From Promethearchaeota archaeon (lineage in GTDB: Archaea; Asgardarchaeota; Thorarchaeia; Thorarchaeales; Thorarchaeaceae), in contig WJMJ01000138.1 in assembly GCA_014728035.1 (NCBI GenBank), positions 1 through 26,871 on the forward strand: a DNA stretch of 26,871 bases, written 5' to 3'. This document shows positions 17,651-26,265 of the stretch, one piece after another. The notes beneath the pieces were generated by a model. That model was given only the letters and a program-made list of their open reading frames with translations, searched no databases and was not told the origin of the DNA. Numbering within the stretch: the stretch's first letter is position 1; the number at the start of each line of letters is the position of its first letter. The translations under genes and the position numbers were made by a program.

Positions 17651-20600
17651 CTACTCAGTTAGTGGTAAATCATGGTATTCATTGGAGTGACGTCCTCTTA
17701 ATCTATCTACTAATTTTGGAAACCATCTCACAAACCTTGAAGACACAAATGGTATCAATACTAGGAATAAGATGGGAACCAACACAATAGCTGCCATTGA
17801 GTAGTTCTTCAGGATGAAATCTAGCTGAACTACTGTAGTTGCACCTAGAATAAGCAAGAACATCAGGAACTTGATTCTGATTGAAGATCCTGTTCGACCT
17901 ATTAGAATTACTTGTTCCTCGTCAACCACATTCTTTGGTGTCCCAGCTGCAATCATATCATCAATCCGTTGTAATCCCTTTCGAATCTCACGATAGAAGC
18001 TGATAACTACAACCACGATGCTGCTCATATATGTTGCAAGGATGGTTGCAAGTAGAGGTGGAAAACTTAGACCACCTATTGATATCCATTCAACACTCAT
18101 AACATATCTATCAAAGAACTCAAAGCTCGGACCATAATAGAAGATGAGCAGTACAATGAACGGTACGAGAACTAGATGCCAGATACCCAAAGCAATTCTC
18201 CTTTTACTTAGCTGACCGTGTAACAGGATTGAAGAGTATGCATCCCTATAGAGCCATATACCATATAACAGAACGGATGAGCCAAGTAGAAGGATGCTCT
18301 CAAGCAAAGCTAATGCAGCCTCACCTGCTGAGAAAAGAGACCAGGAATGAAGGAACAACAGTCCCGATATCGCCACGATAACAAGATAGATTCTATCTAT
18401 CTGTCTTATACTTCTTGTAATATCTTCGTCTTTTCTAGGTGTTGTCGATACAGCTGAAGAAACCTTCACAAACAGGACCATCCCGATTAAGCTAAGAAGT
18501 AATGACAACCCTCCTGCAATAGATACTGTTTCTGCACTAAGTGCTTCATTACCAGGAGTGGAAACTTCAACGACGACCGATCTACTCATGCTTCCAGAAC
18601 TTGTGAGGGAGCCATTCACTTGCACTGAGATATCGTATGTGCCAAAGTATGTGTGTCCAATATCGAACATTGCAATATATGTACCTCTCAGATTCCCTTC
18701 TTCCGCAACTTTACTCATCCCTGCGAACTCCACCAAGACCTCAAGGTCGGTGATAGGATTCTCATATAGATCTGCGACTTCTACAGTCACATTAAGAGTA
18801 GTGAATTGCTCAGGGCGCTCAGATGATGGAACAATTGTAATGGTCGGTACTGCGATGACCGAAAGATTTCCGCTTATCTGGGATATGTACAGATACTCAT
18901 GTTCTACCGTAAGTTGATATGGGTGTTGTCCATACGGCCATCCCACTGTAGAGATTTCTGTTCCGTAGACACCATCACTGACATAATCAAGAGAATAGGG
19001 AATGCCCCTGATTCTGAGACTCACTGATGCATTCTCGATAGATGTTCCCAACCAACCTTTGACAGCAACCTCGATTGAAGTTGTCTCGGTCTGGTTAACA
19101 GACCATCCACTTGATGGCGAGATGGAGATAATCGAGTTAGATTTTACAGAGATATATTCGACTGTTTTAGCATCATGGATGAATTCGGAACCATAATACA
19201 CAGTTAGTGTCCATTCCCCTACGGGATATGTTGCATTCAATTGTGCTCTAAAGGAGTTCCCTGAAATCTTGGATGTGGTGTAATTAGTACCATCTATCTC
19301 AACCAAGACCCAGGTATCACTTGGAATTGGTCCATAATCATCAGTGATGAAGACGGTCACATTGAATAGTTCTCCACCAGTCACAGAATCAATCTCAAGT
19401 ACATTTGGTTCAACAAGTCCAATTGTGGCCATATGAAACTCACCAAAGGTAGAACCTTGAATGTAGTCGTGTATTACTTGAATCTCGAAGGTATGATTGC
19501 CTAGTTCCATTGCAGCAGTTGAATCAAGATAATAGCATCCGGTTTCTATCTCAGATAAAGAGAGTTCCAAACCTGCACCCGTGATAGATACCTGTGCGTT
19601 ATCAATAGGATGATCAAAGATGTCAGTGATGTTAATCCATCCAGAAAATGTATCATCTTGTTCGATACTAACTGGCATGAATCGGGATATCTGAATCTCA
19701 TCGACTTCAATACTGAACGATACAGTAGCATAGGTTATGGTATCAGAGTATACGTGACTTGCTGACGCATTAATCATATATGGTCCAGGTTTGAGGTCTA
19801 TATTTGGAATTAGCAGACGGTATAGATTACCGGAATAAGCAACTATGTAATGACTGCCCTCCAACTCGATATTAACAGATGCATCCGACACGCGTGTACC
19901 AAGACTATCTGTAACAGTTACATCTGCAGTTAAAGTCTGATTTTGCATCAGAACACTCTTTGTATAGACTTCTACACTCAAGTCACTCTTCACAACTAAT
20001 GCATCGGGATAAGACTCCTCAAAGGCATCGTATAAGTCATGATTGATGGTCAGACTGAAATTCACAATACCCATTGGCCATGTTGCTGCGAGTGTCGTAG
20101 AATAATTAGAAGAACCATGGATAAGAGCGCTCGTTTGACTGATAATAGAACCGCCCGATTTGTAATGAACAGTTAAGAACACTTCTGCATCTGAAATTTC
20201 TTCGGAATAGATATTGGTTACATCAACTGATACGTCTAATGATTCACTTTGCACTATCTCATCTATAGAATAGCTAAGAGAGGCATTTAAGCGTCTGATG
20301 AGTACGATATCCCTAATCACACCAATCTTCGTCACGCCATCCTGAATCAATGGATATGCTACAATCTCTTCACCATAGCCAAGGTCGATGTTGCTCAGCT
20401 TCATTGAGCCATGCCCTTCACCAACGTTAAGCTCTCTTTCAATTTCACCATCCAACGAGATAATCCATAGCATAGAATCCTGCTCAGTGAACACTGCAAT
20501 CTCATCCTGATCATCACCATCGAAATCAACGATAACAGAACTCAGAAAATCAGCCGTGCTTAGCGATAATGACCAGTCTACGACAATAGGATTGTCCAGT

Positions 20601-23176
20601 CTCAAAAGTGCAACATCTTGATTGAACAAGCTAACACCAAAAATTTCATCCGTTCCATCATCCTCAACGTCAAGGATTTTCAGATGGTAATAGACCTCGT
20701 TGTCCTTGTGAAAAAGTGGGGTCTCATTGATTTTAACGGTTGATGCATCGAATACTTGGAAACCACAGCTAAATTCACCACCATCAACAAAGTACATGTA
20801 TAATAGAAACTTAGTACGAGATTCTGATGCATTATGATAGTTGAAAAGATATGCAGGTATCGTGTTATCAAATTCGGGTCGTGTCACATTGTGAGTTGAT
20901 AGAATCGTCATACTTGACGCATTGATAATGTCTACGTCACCTGATGCTGCAGATACAACAGCTTCTGCAGAGTTGTCATTTAATGAATAAGCAAGACTTA
21001 CTGAATAGATTTCAGAATTATACCCAGTTAATGAAACATTGGACCATGACCCATCTGCTTTCAAACGAGCAAGATATGCATCATAGCTATTGCTCGAGTT
21101 CTCGAATACGAAGAAGAACTCATCTATACCATCATTATCACAATCATAGGTCTGACCAGATTGGATTTTTCTCATTTGGTCAAAGGGATACTGAGTCGAG
21201 TACCATAATGTACCTGTGTTTCCATGATAGATTGTCACATTTACTATCTCAGCTGTCGCATTGTACAATAAGATGACTGGGTCTAGAAGATGATCTCCAT
21301 CCATCATTCCGGTATAAATCCAGTAATCGCTGAATGTTCTATTCGCAACAACACTCAATGATTGATTTTCACCCCTAGGCGTGTAACTATCCAAATAGAT
21401 TACATCATTGCTTGAATCCAATGTATAGATTACTTCCTCTCCTGTCGAAGTGTTACCTATGTCCATCAGTTGATGATTTAAATCAGTAGTATGATGTTTT
21501 GTGTCGGACCAAGCAAGATTGCCAGCCACTGTGAAGTTTACTGGATGAGTTTCGTTCCCAAGAGATCCTATATTCAAATATACATCCATAAAGACGAGAT
21601 AGTATTCATAGGCACCTTCGGGTAATCCGACAAGAAATGCAAAGTATTGAGTTCCAGCGTTTTGAAGTTCGTCAACTGGCTGAGTCCAATTGCCTTCTTC
21701 ATATCGTAAATATATATCTGCCAGAATAACGGATGTCCCCTCTTCAACACCAACCTCAATTTCGATGTAGGGATCTCGAATAGTAGGGTGAGGGGGTGAT
21801 AATGTTTCCGGAGTTATTATTGGAGCAGTCACATCACTAAGCATCACATATACGTATTGACCTTCCAAAACGAGAATATCATCTCTGGAGTTATTGTTGA
21901 TATCGAATACCTTAATGTTTACTGGCTTGCTTGAGATTGTAGACTCCTCATATCCAACAGTCCCATCAAGACCCCTAAGGAATGCCGCACTACTGGAGGT
22001 TCCTTCGAGGATGGCAAAATCTGTAAGATTATCATTATCAATGAAACCACAGTCGATAAGTGGTGCTGGGGGAGTTCCAGAGATTTGTCCCTCAGAAGTT
22101 CCAGCAATCGTATCTGAATACCGTATGATAGAACCATTGGTACCATCAATAAATACCGTGTAATTATCCTGTATCGGAGCAACTAGTAAGTCAGTTTGGC
22201 TATCATCATTCAGATAACCTGTTGTCACGACACTCCGTTCGGGAAGTCCTGTGACATTGTATAATGATGTCATGGTCGAGGGGGAGATTGTAGTAAGATT
22301 GCCATCAAACATCATAAGTGCAATGTCATCAAGTCCTCCGCCATAGTCAAAATTCGTCATACCCAGTATTTCAATGTGCATCATAGCAGTTCTCTGAATT
22401 GTGCCATTTCCGGCAATAATCGTGAAGTTTCCATTCTTATTAGCATCATAGATACCCATGGCAATGGAATCCTCTGTTGGTTCGATGAAACGTCCGACGG
22501 AATAACAATCAATCTCAAAACCAGAAAATGTCAAGTTTGCGAGAACCTGTTCGGTATGAATATCCAGTATTTCAACACCTAATATTTCATCACTTACTGC
22601 TCCATAGAATATAGCAACATCAAGAAACGAATCGTCATTGAAGTATCCAGTTGTAACATCTGTAGGGTAGCGAGCGTTAGTAATAGAGGTGTTGTAAATA
22701 GTGGTAGTAGCATCGTTGAAATCGACAACCAACAGATTGTATACTGTACCATTGTCATTCATCAATAGAAATTCAGTGCTCCCATCAGCATCAATATCAA
22801 CACTGGTGAGAATTTTCTCTTCGACCGTTCCAGACTCTATTGTTTGGTTCAAGGTCACATTATTTATGGGGTCGACAAATCTGACCTCATCAGCATATTG
22901 ATCAGTATATGCAAATCCTCGATAAGCGTCTACAACTCCAGGCGATATGCGGTCGGGACTATGTGTCAAGGAAATAGGTAATAGCAGTTCATTCTCTGTT
23001 AGGATTACAGCATCAACAGGTTCTTCTGCAGGCAAACAGACATCTTGTGAAGGCCCAGACATCAACGGCAAAATCGCTATACATAGCATAATTGAAAGAG
23101 GAATCAGTTTAATCGCATAACGTTCAGAGTTTCGAAGGTGACGTACTTTTATCCTTTCAGCGGCGTTTCTGGCCAT
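17651..23176 (-). CDS. Large cell-surface protein: FG-GAP beta-propellers, Ig-like repeats and C-terminal 7-TM domain
   Basis: N-terminal signal/TM; many DxDxDGxxD/E-type loops (DIDADGSTE, YFNDDSFLD, YLNDDSQTD, DINNNSRDD, DCDNDGIDE, DFDGDDQDE); ~95-aa repeats VxVTDxxGxxIxxAxV; seven hydrophobic helices at the C-terminus. Confidence 0.88.
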   Translation of the reverse strand: MARNAAERIKVRHLRNSERYAIKLIPLSIMLCIAILPLMSGPSQDVCLPAEEPVDAVILTENELLLPISLTHSPDRISPGVVDAYRGFAYTDQYADEVRFVDPINNVTLNQTIESGTVEEKILTSVDIDADGSTEFLLMNDNGTVYNLLVVDFNDATTTIYNTSITNARYPTDVTTGYFNDDSFLDVAIFYGAVSDEILGVEILDIHTEQVLANLTFSGFEIDCYSVGRFIEPTEDSIAMGIYDANKNGNFTIIAGNGTIQRTAMMHIEILGMTNFDYGGGLDDIALMMFDGNLTTISPSTMTSLYNVTGLPERSVVTTGYLNDDSQTDLLVAPIQDNYTVFIDGTNGSIIRYSDTIAGTSEGQISGTPPAPLIDCGFIDNDNLTDFAILEGTSSSAAFLRGLDGTVGYEESTISSKPVNIKVFDINNNSRDDILVLEGQYVYVMLSDVTAPIITPETLSPPHPTIRDPYIEIEVGVEEGTSVILADIYLRYEEGNWTQPVDELQNAGTQYFAFLVGLPEGAYEYYLVFMDVYLNIGSLGNETHPVNFTVAGNLAWSDTKHHTTDLNHQLMDIGNTSTGEEVIYTLDSSNDVIYLDSYTPRGENQSLSVVANRTFSDYWIYTGMMDGDHLLDPVILLYNATAEIVNVTIYHGNTGTLWYSTQYPFDQMRKIQSGQTYDCDNDGIDEFFFVFENSSNSYDAYLARLKADGSWSNVSLTGYNSEIYSVSLAYSLNDNSAEAVVSAASGDVDIINASSMTILSTHNVTRPEFDNTIPAYLFNYHNASESRTKFLLYMYFVDGGEFSCGFQVFDASTVKINETPLFHKDNEVYYHLKILDVEDDGTDEIFGVSLFNQDVALLRLDNPIVVDWSLSLSTADFLSSVIVDFDGDDQDEIAVFTEQDSMLWIISLDGEIERELNVGEGHGSMKLSNIDLGYGEEIVAYPLIQDGVTKIGVIRDIVLIRRLNASLSYSIDEIVQSESLDVSVDVTNIYSEEISDAEVFLTVHYKSGGSIISQTSALIHGSSNYSTTLAATWPMGIVNFSLTINHDLYDAFEESYPDALVVKSDLSVEVYTKSVLMQNQTLTADVTVTDSLGTRVSDASVNIELEGSHYIVAYSGNLYRLLIPNIDLKPGPYMINASASHVYSDTITYATVSFSIEVDEIQISRFMPVSIEQDDTFSGWINITDIFDHPIDNAQVSITGAGLELSLSEIETGCYYLDSTAAMELGNHTFEIQVIHDYIQGSTFGEFHMATIGLVEPNVLEIDSVTGGELFNVTVFITDDYGPIPSDTWVLVEIDGTNYTTSKISGNSFRAQLNATYPVGEWTLTVYYGSEFIHDAKTVEYISVKSNSIISISPSSGWSVNQTETTSIEVAVKGWLGTSIENASVSLRIRGIPYSLDYVSDGVYGTEISTVGWPYGQHPYQLTVEHEYLYISQISGNLSVIAVPTITIVPSSERPEQFTTLNVTVEVADLYENPITDLEVLVEFAGMSKVAEEGNLRGTYIAMFDIGHTYFGTYDISVQVNGSLTSSGSMSRSVVVEVSTPGNEALSAETVSIAGGLSLLLSLIGMVLFVKVSSAVSTTPRKDEDITRSIRQIDRIYLVIVAISGLLFLHSWSLFSAGEAALALLESILLLGSSVLLYGIWLYRDAYSSILLHGQLSKRRIALGIWHLVLVPFIVLLIFYYGPSFEFFDRYVMSVEWISIGGLSFPPLLATILATYMSSIVVVVISFYREIRKGLQRIDDMIAAGTPKNVVDEEQVILIGRTGSSIRIKFLMFLLILGATTVVQLDFILKNYSMAAIVLVPILFLVLIPFVSSRFVRWFPKLVDRLRGRHSNEYHDLPLTE

Positions 23177-23407
23177 GGTGGTTCCATCCCAAATGGATTC
23201 AGAGATGCATATGAACAAACACATTTCTATGTTTCTAATCTATTGGAATTCAATGAAGTGTACTTTCAATTGTGACAAGATATCGCTATGCTTCGAAAGT
23301 CCATATAGAAAAAACACAATACTGTCATTGTAAATACGTTTCAACTTGGAAGGTAGAGGTTTTCACTTTGAATCATTTGGAGTATCTGATATTACGTATC
23401 ACAACAG

Positions 23408-23466
23408 TCTAGTTCATGCTCAACCAGACAATTGATGCAAAATAAGTAGGTTGCTAAACAGTGGGC
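23408..23466 (+). repeat. Inter-cassette repeat copy 1 (left arm and core only)
   Basis: TCTAGTTCATGCTCAACCAGACAAT...TAGGTTGCTAAACAGTGGGC; aligns with copies 2-4. Confidence 0.85.
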
Positions 23467-23502
23467 GGACTGCACATCACACAACTCATATACGTTTTTC
23501 AA

Positions 23503-24000
23503 TCAGCTTAATTGTTCCAAAATCTGCAGATAGTATTTTGTGGAGATACGAAATGAGGTTCCTTCAATAAGGTAGTTGAACTTGGCAATTGCATTATTCT
23601 TAGAGAGAATATTGGTCTTCACTGCACGCAAGAGTATTCCGATTGTTCCAGTGAGATCTAATCCAAGAGTTCGTGCAATATCGCGAGCCGCAAGGTCATC
23701 AATGATAACAATCGATTCCGTTTCTTTCATCTCATACCCAAGGGAGATAACATCAATCTCTCCCTGATGCAGGCCCATCATGCTGAGCTTTTCTGATAAA
23801 GGTGATACACGCACAGAACTCATTTTCAACCAGGATTCAAAAGCATCTGTAAGAATAGTAAATTCAGGTGTTGTCGCATCAAGCACTTCATTCATCACAG
23901 AACGAGTTGTGATGATACTATCAAATAGATCTCTCAATAGGTGAACCAAGCCAATCTTTCCCAAGTAAATGAGAGGTGATGAGTTAACAATACCTATCAC
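23503..24000 (-). CDS. PIN-domain toxin, DUF3368 family
   Basis: IVNSSPLIYLGKI, LHQGE, IIDDLAAR, GTIGILL. Confidence 0.92.
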   Translation of the reverse strand: MIGIVNSSPLIYLGKIGLVHLLRDLFDSIITTRSVMNEVLDATTPEFTILTDAFESWLKMSSVRVSPLSEKLSMMGLHQGEIDVISLGYEMKETESIVIIDDLAARDIARTLGLDLTGTIGILLRAVKTNILSKNNAIAKFNYLIEGTSFRISTKYYLQILEQLS

Positions 24001-24003
24001 AGG

Positions 24004-24315
24004 TTATCCCTCAGCAAAGAGCAAATCTTCCCTAAGTGATTGTTCATCATATATGGAGATACCACGCTTTGCTATCTCTGTCATCATGGCCCTCAGAGAG
24101 ATTCCCGCTATTGAAGAAGCCTTCCACATACTAAGGCGTTTTGCGGCAACCTCCTCAGAGAGAAAGTCAAGGAGGTCTTCTCTAAGTGAACGGTCAATCA
24201 AACGACGGACATATGCAGACTTGTCCACAATCTTCCGTTTTTCCATCAGGAAGGCAAGCCGTTTTTCCAAGTCTTCATCAAGGCGAACTGATAGTACGTC
24301 AGCCATCGTCATCAT
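24004..24315 (-). CDS. Antitoxin, UPF0175 family (N-terminal RHH plus HTH)
   Basis: VLSVRLDEDL...KSAYVRRLI; LSMWKASSIAGISL; lies 3 bp upstream of the DUF3368 gene. Confidence 0.9.
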   Translation of the reverse strand: MMTMADVLSVRLDEDLEKRLAFLMEKRKIVDKSAYVRRLIDRSLREDLLDFLSEEVAAKRLSMWKASSIAGISLRAMMTEIAKRGISIYDEQSLREDLLFAEG

Positions 24316-24350
24316 GTATACTATGTATGACAGAGTATATGACTTTTATG
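24316..24350 (-). promoter_or_regulatory. TA promoter/operator 1
   Basis: Minus strand CATAAAA-GTCATATAC-TCT-GTCATAC-ATAGTATAC-ATG: TATA-like box plus GTCATA direct repeats. Confidence 0.5.
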
Positions 24351-24374
24351 TAGTACATTGAGCTATATCTAGAA

Positions 24375-24510
24375 TCTAAGCTACACTCAATCGGATAATA
24401 ACAAAGAAATGAAAATAGGTAGCTCAACAGTGGACGAGGAGGCAAGTAACTATTTGTCAGACCGCTGTTCGTCGGGTATTGCAGATTTTATGAGTCTACG
24501 CAATGCGTAA
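24375..24510 (+). repeat. Inter-cassette repeat copy 2
   Basis: TCTAAGCTACACTCAATCGGATAAT...TAGGTAGCTCAACAGTGGACGAGGAGGCAAGTAACTATTTGTC...GTTCGTCGGGTATTGCAGAT. Confidence 0.88.
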
Positions 24511-24565
24511 AATGTGAGTGATGATGAAAGTCAATTGAAATGACTAATTCGATCTGAAGTCAGAA

Positions 24566-24958
24566 TTAGTATGACTCTACACTCAAGTCTTGGAATCTTT
24601 CAAAATGTCGAAGGTTACGAGTCACGACAGTCTCTTTATGTTGGACTGCAATCCCAGCAATCTGTGCATCTATTGGATCGATTGAAATCCCTACTCCTTT
24701 CAAACGGCCAATCTCCAGACCAGCCCACCATGCGGAAACTGCATCAAGGGGAAGGATTTGAAATTCTTCCAGAATACTATCAATCCGTTTCTGTTCCTTG
24801 CTTGGTAACTTTGCCAAAGAAAGACCAACCGCTAATTCCATTACTGAAGGGGATGCAAGATACTGGGGATGTTGACCTTGTTGTATCAATTCGAGTTTTT
24901 GCAGAGCATCCTCGTTCGTTCGCATGATATCAATAACAAAACTTGAGTCTGCAATCAA
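24566..24958 (-). CDS. vapC: VapC PIN-domain toxin
   Basis: IADSSFVID, SVMEL, PIDAQIAGIA, VVTRNLRHF; 4-bp overlap with the antitoxin stop. Confidence 0.95.
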   Translation of the reverse strand: MIADSSFVIDIMRTNEDALQKLELIQQGQHPQYLASPSVMELAVGLSLAKLPSKEQKRIDSILEEFQILPLDAVSAWWAGLEIGRLKGVGISIDPIDAQIAGIAVQHKETVVTRNLRHFERFQDLSVESY

Positions 24959-25197
24959 TGATCTGTCACCAACTCTTCCATACTTTTTTCCCAGGTCTTG
25001 GACCGCTCTTGTCTGAAATCTGCTAGTGCATCAGTCAGTCTACTTACTGATTCTTCTGAAATGCATCCTATGAAATCACTCAAGGTTCGTCTTTGTGCGA
25101 GCCTAATGACAACTTGACTGAAACTCTCATTCTCACGTTTTGCTTTTTTCAAAATAGCATAGGCTTCTTCAGAGAGTGAAATTGTCTTGTATCCCAT
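24955..25197 (-). CDS. vapB: VapB antitoxin (archaeal DUF217/COG1753 type)
   Basis: KTISLSEEAYAILKKAKRENESFSQVVIRL; start at ATG 25197. Confidence 0.93.
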   Translation of the reverse strand: MGYKTISLSEEAYAILKKAKRENESFSQVVIRLAQRRTLSDFIGCISEESVSRLTDALADFRQERSKTWEKSMEELVTDH

Positions 25198-25208
25198 CTT
25201 GCTCGCTC

Positions 25209-25238
25209 GTGTATGTATGTGTATGAGGAGATATAAAA
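25209..25238 (-). promoter_or_regulatory. TA promoter/operator 2
   Basis: Minus strand TTTTATA followed by CATACA-CATA-CATACAC direct repeats. Confidence 0.55.
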
Positions 25239-25300
25239 TCACTGCTCTTGCAATTTAGAGGGAGATGTCACCATCTGGGACTACCTGCAATCTCTGGTGA

Positions 25301-25444
25301 CCTAGTTCCCACTCAACAAGACAATCATTGCAAAAACGAAAAGGTGCTCAACAATGGACATGAGGAGTAGGTAACCGTTTGACCTTCTCCCGCTCGTCTG
25401 CTATTACAAATCGCTGAACGATTTGCGAAATAAATGTCTAGGAG
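25301..25444 (+). repeat. Inter-cassette repeat copy 3
   Basis: CCTAGTTCCCACTCAACAAGACAAT...AAGGTGCTCAACAATGGACATGAGGAGTAGGTAACCGTTTGACCTTCTCCCGCTCGTCTGCTATTACAAAT...ACGATT...ATGTCTAGGAG. Confidence 0.9.
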
Positions 25445-25500
25445 TAAGTCGTAGAACGGATTCATGATGGGATGTGCGCGTTTGAGGATCATTCTATGAA

Positions 25501-25550
25501 TTTATATTGTCAGAATAGATAATATCAATCAGAATAGAGATAGAATATCA
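25501..25550 (+). promoter_or_regulatory. TA promoter/operator 3
   Basis: TTTATA at 25501; TCAGAATAGA at 25510 and 25529, plus TAGAATATCA; GGAG SD. Confidence 0.55.
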
Positions 25551-25561
25551 GGAGAATCATA

Positions 25562-25816
25562 ATGAGTCTGACTAAAGAGAGTCAAATCGGAAAGAAACAT
25601 ACGATATATCTTCCAAAAACGATTGTGGACAAAGCACGTCTTGAAGTAGGCATGAAGATTTTGATAACAGTTGAGGGGAATAAGATAATCATTGAACCAT
25701 TGCCAGACCCCATCACCTTGGCACTTCATGGGAAGAAATTTGCATCCATGACCTTAGAAGAAATTGAGGCAATCAGTGTTGAAGAGCAATCAAGACAAAC
25801 AGATGATACTTCTTGA
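25562..25816 (+). CDS. AbrB/MazE/SpoVT family antitoxin
   Basis: IGKKHTIYLPKTIV...LEVG...VEGNKIIIEP. Confidence 0.92.
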   Translation: MSLTKESQIGKKHTIYLPKTIVDKARLEVGMKILITVEGNKIIIEPLPDPITLALHGKKFASMTLEEIEAISVEEQSRQTDDTS

Positions 25817-26231
25817 TACCTCATTTCTGCTACCGTCTCTGGGAATAGAAGTGGAAAAAGAAGTGATGGAAACCCTTTCAAAACTAGTCTCCGATGACAC
25901 TAGCCTATTCTATTCAGAATGGAGCATCCTTGAGTGCAGTTGGATTGCAATTAGACAGATCAAAGGGGACAATTATGATCAATCTCTCTTTAGAAGGGGG
26001 CTTCTCAGTATAACCAAGACAGAAGTATACAATCTAATTCAACCAGATCCAGAAGACTATCTGAATGCACTGACACTCTATCAAAAAGGCCACCATGATA
26101 TGATGGATAATCTACTATATACAACTGCTCTGCGGAAACAGTACCGATTTCTCACGATAGATTATGATTTGTCTAGATTCATATCCAAGAATCAAATAGA
26201 GAATATCATACTCACACCGGAAGATATCTAA
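25803..26231 (+). CDS. vapC: PIN-domain (VapC-like) toxin
   Basis: MILLDTSFLLP, SILE, GHHDMMDNLLY, FLTID; overlaps the antitoxin by 14 bp. Confidence 0.9.
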   Translation: MILLDTSFLLPSLGIEVEKEVMETLSKLVSDDTSLFYSEWSILECSWIAIRQIKGDNYDQSLFRRGLLSITKTEVYNLIQPDPEDYLNALTLYQKGHHDMMDNLLYTTALRKQYRFLTIDYDLSRFISKNQIENIILTPEDI

Positions 26232-26265
26232 ATTCTCAGAATTACAACAGAATATACTTCTTAAA

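Noticed and set aside
18230-18260. YRDAY after TM3 as a GPCR DRY motif
   Set aside because: Residue order is wrong; not evidence of homology.
3949-22901. Numerous short antisense or alternate-frame ORFs inside tkt, the GTPase, aldolase, hemerythrin and surface-protein genes
   Set aside because: They overlap well-supported genes and show no motifs.
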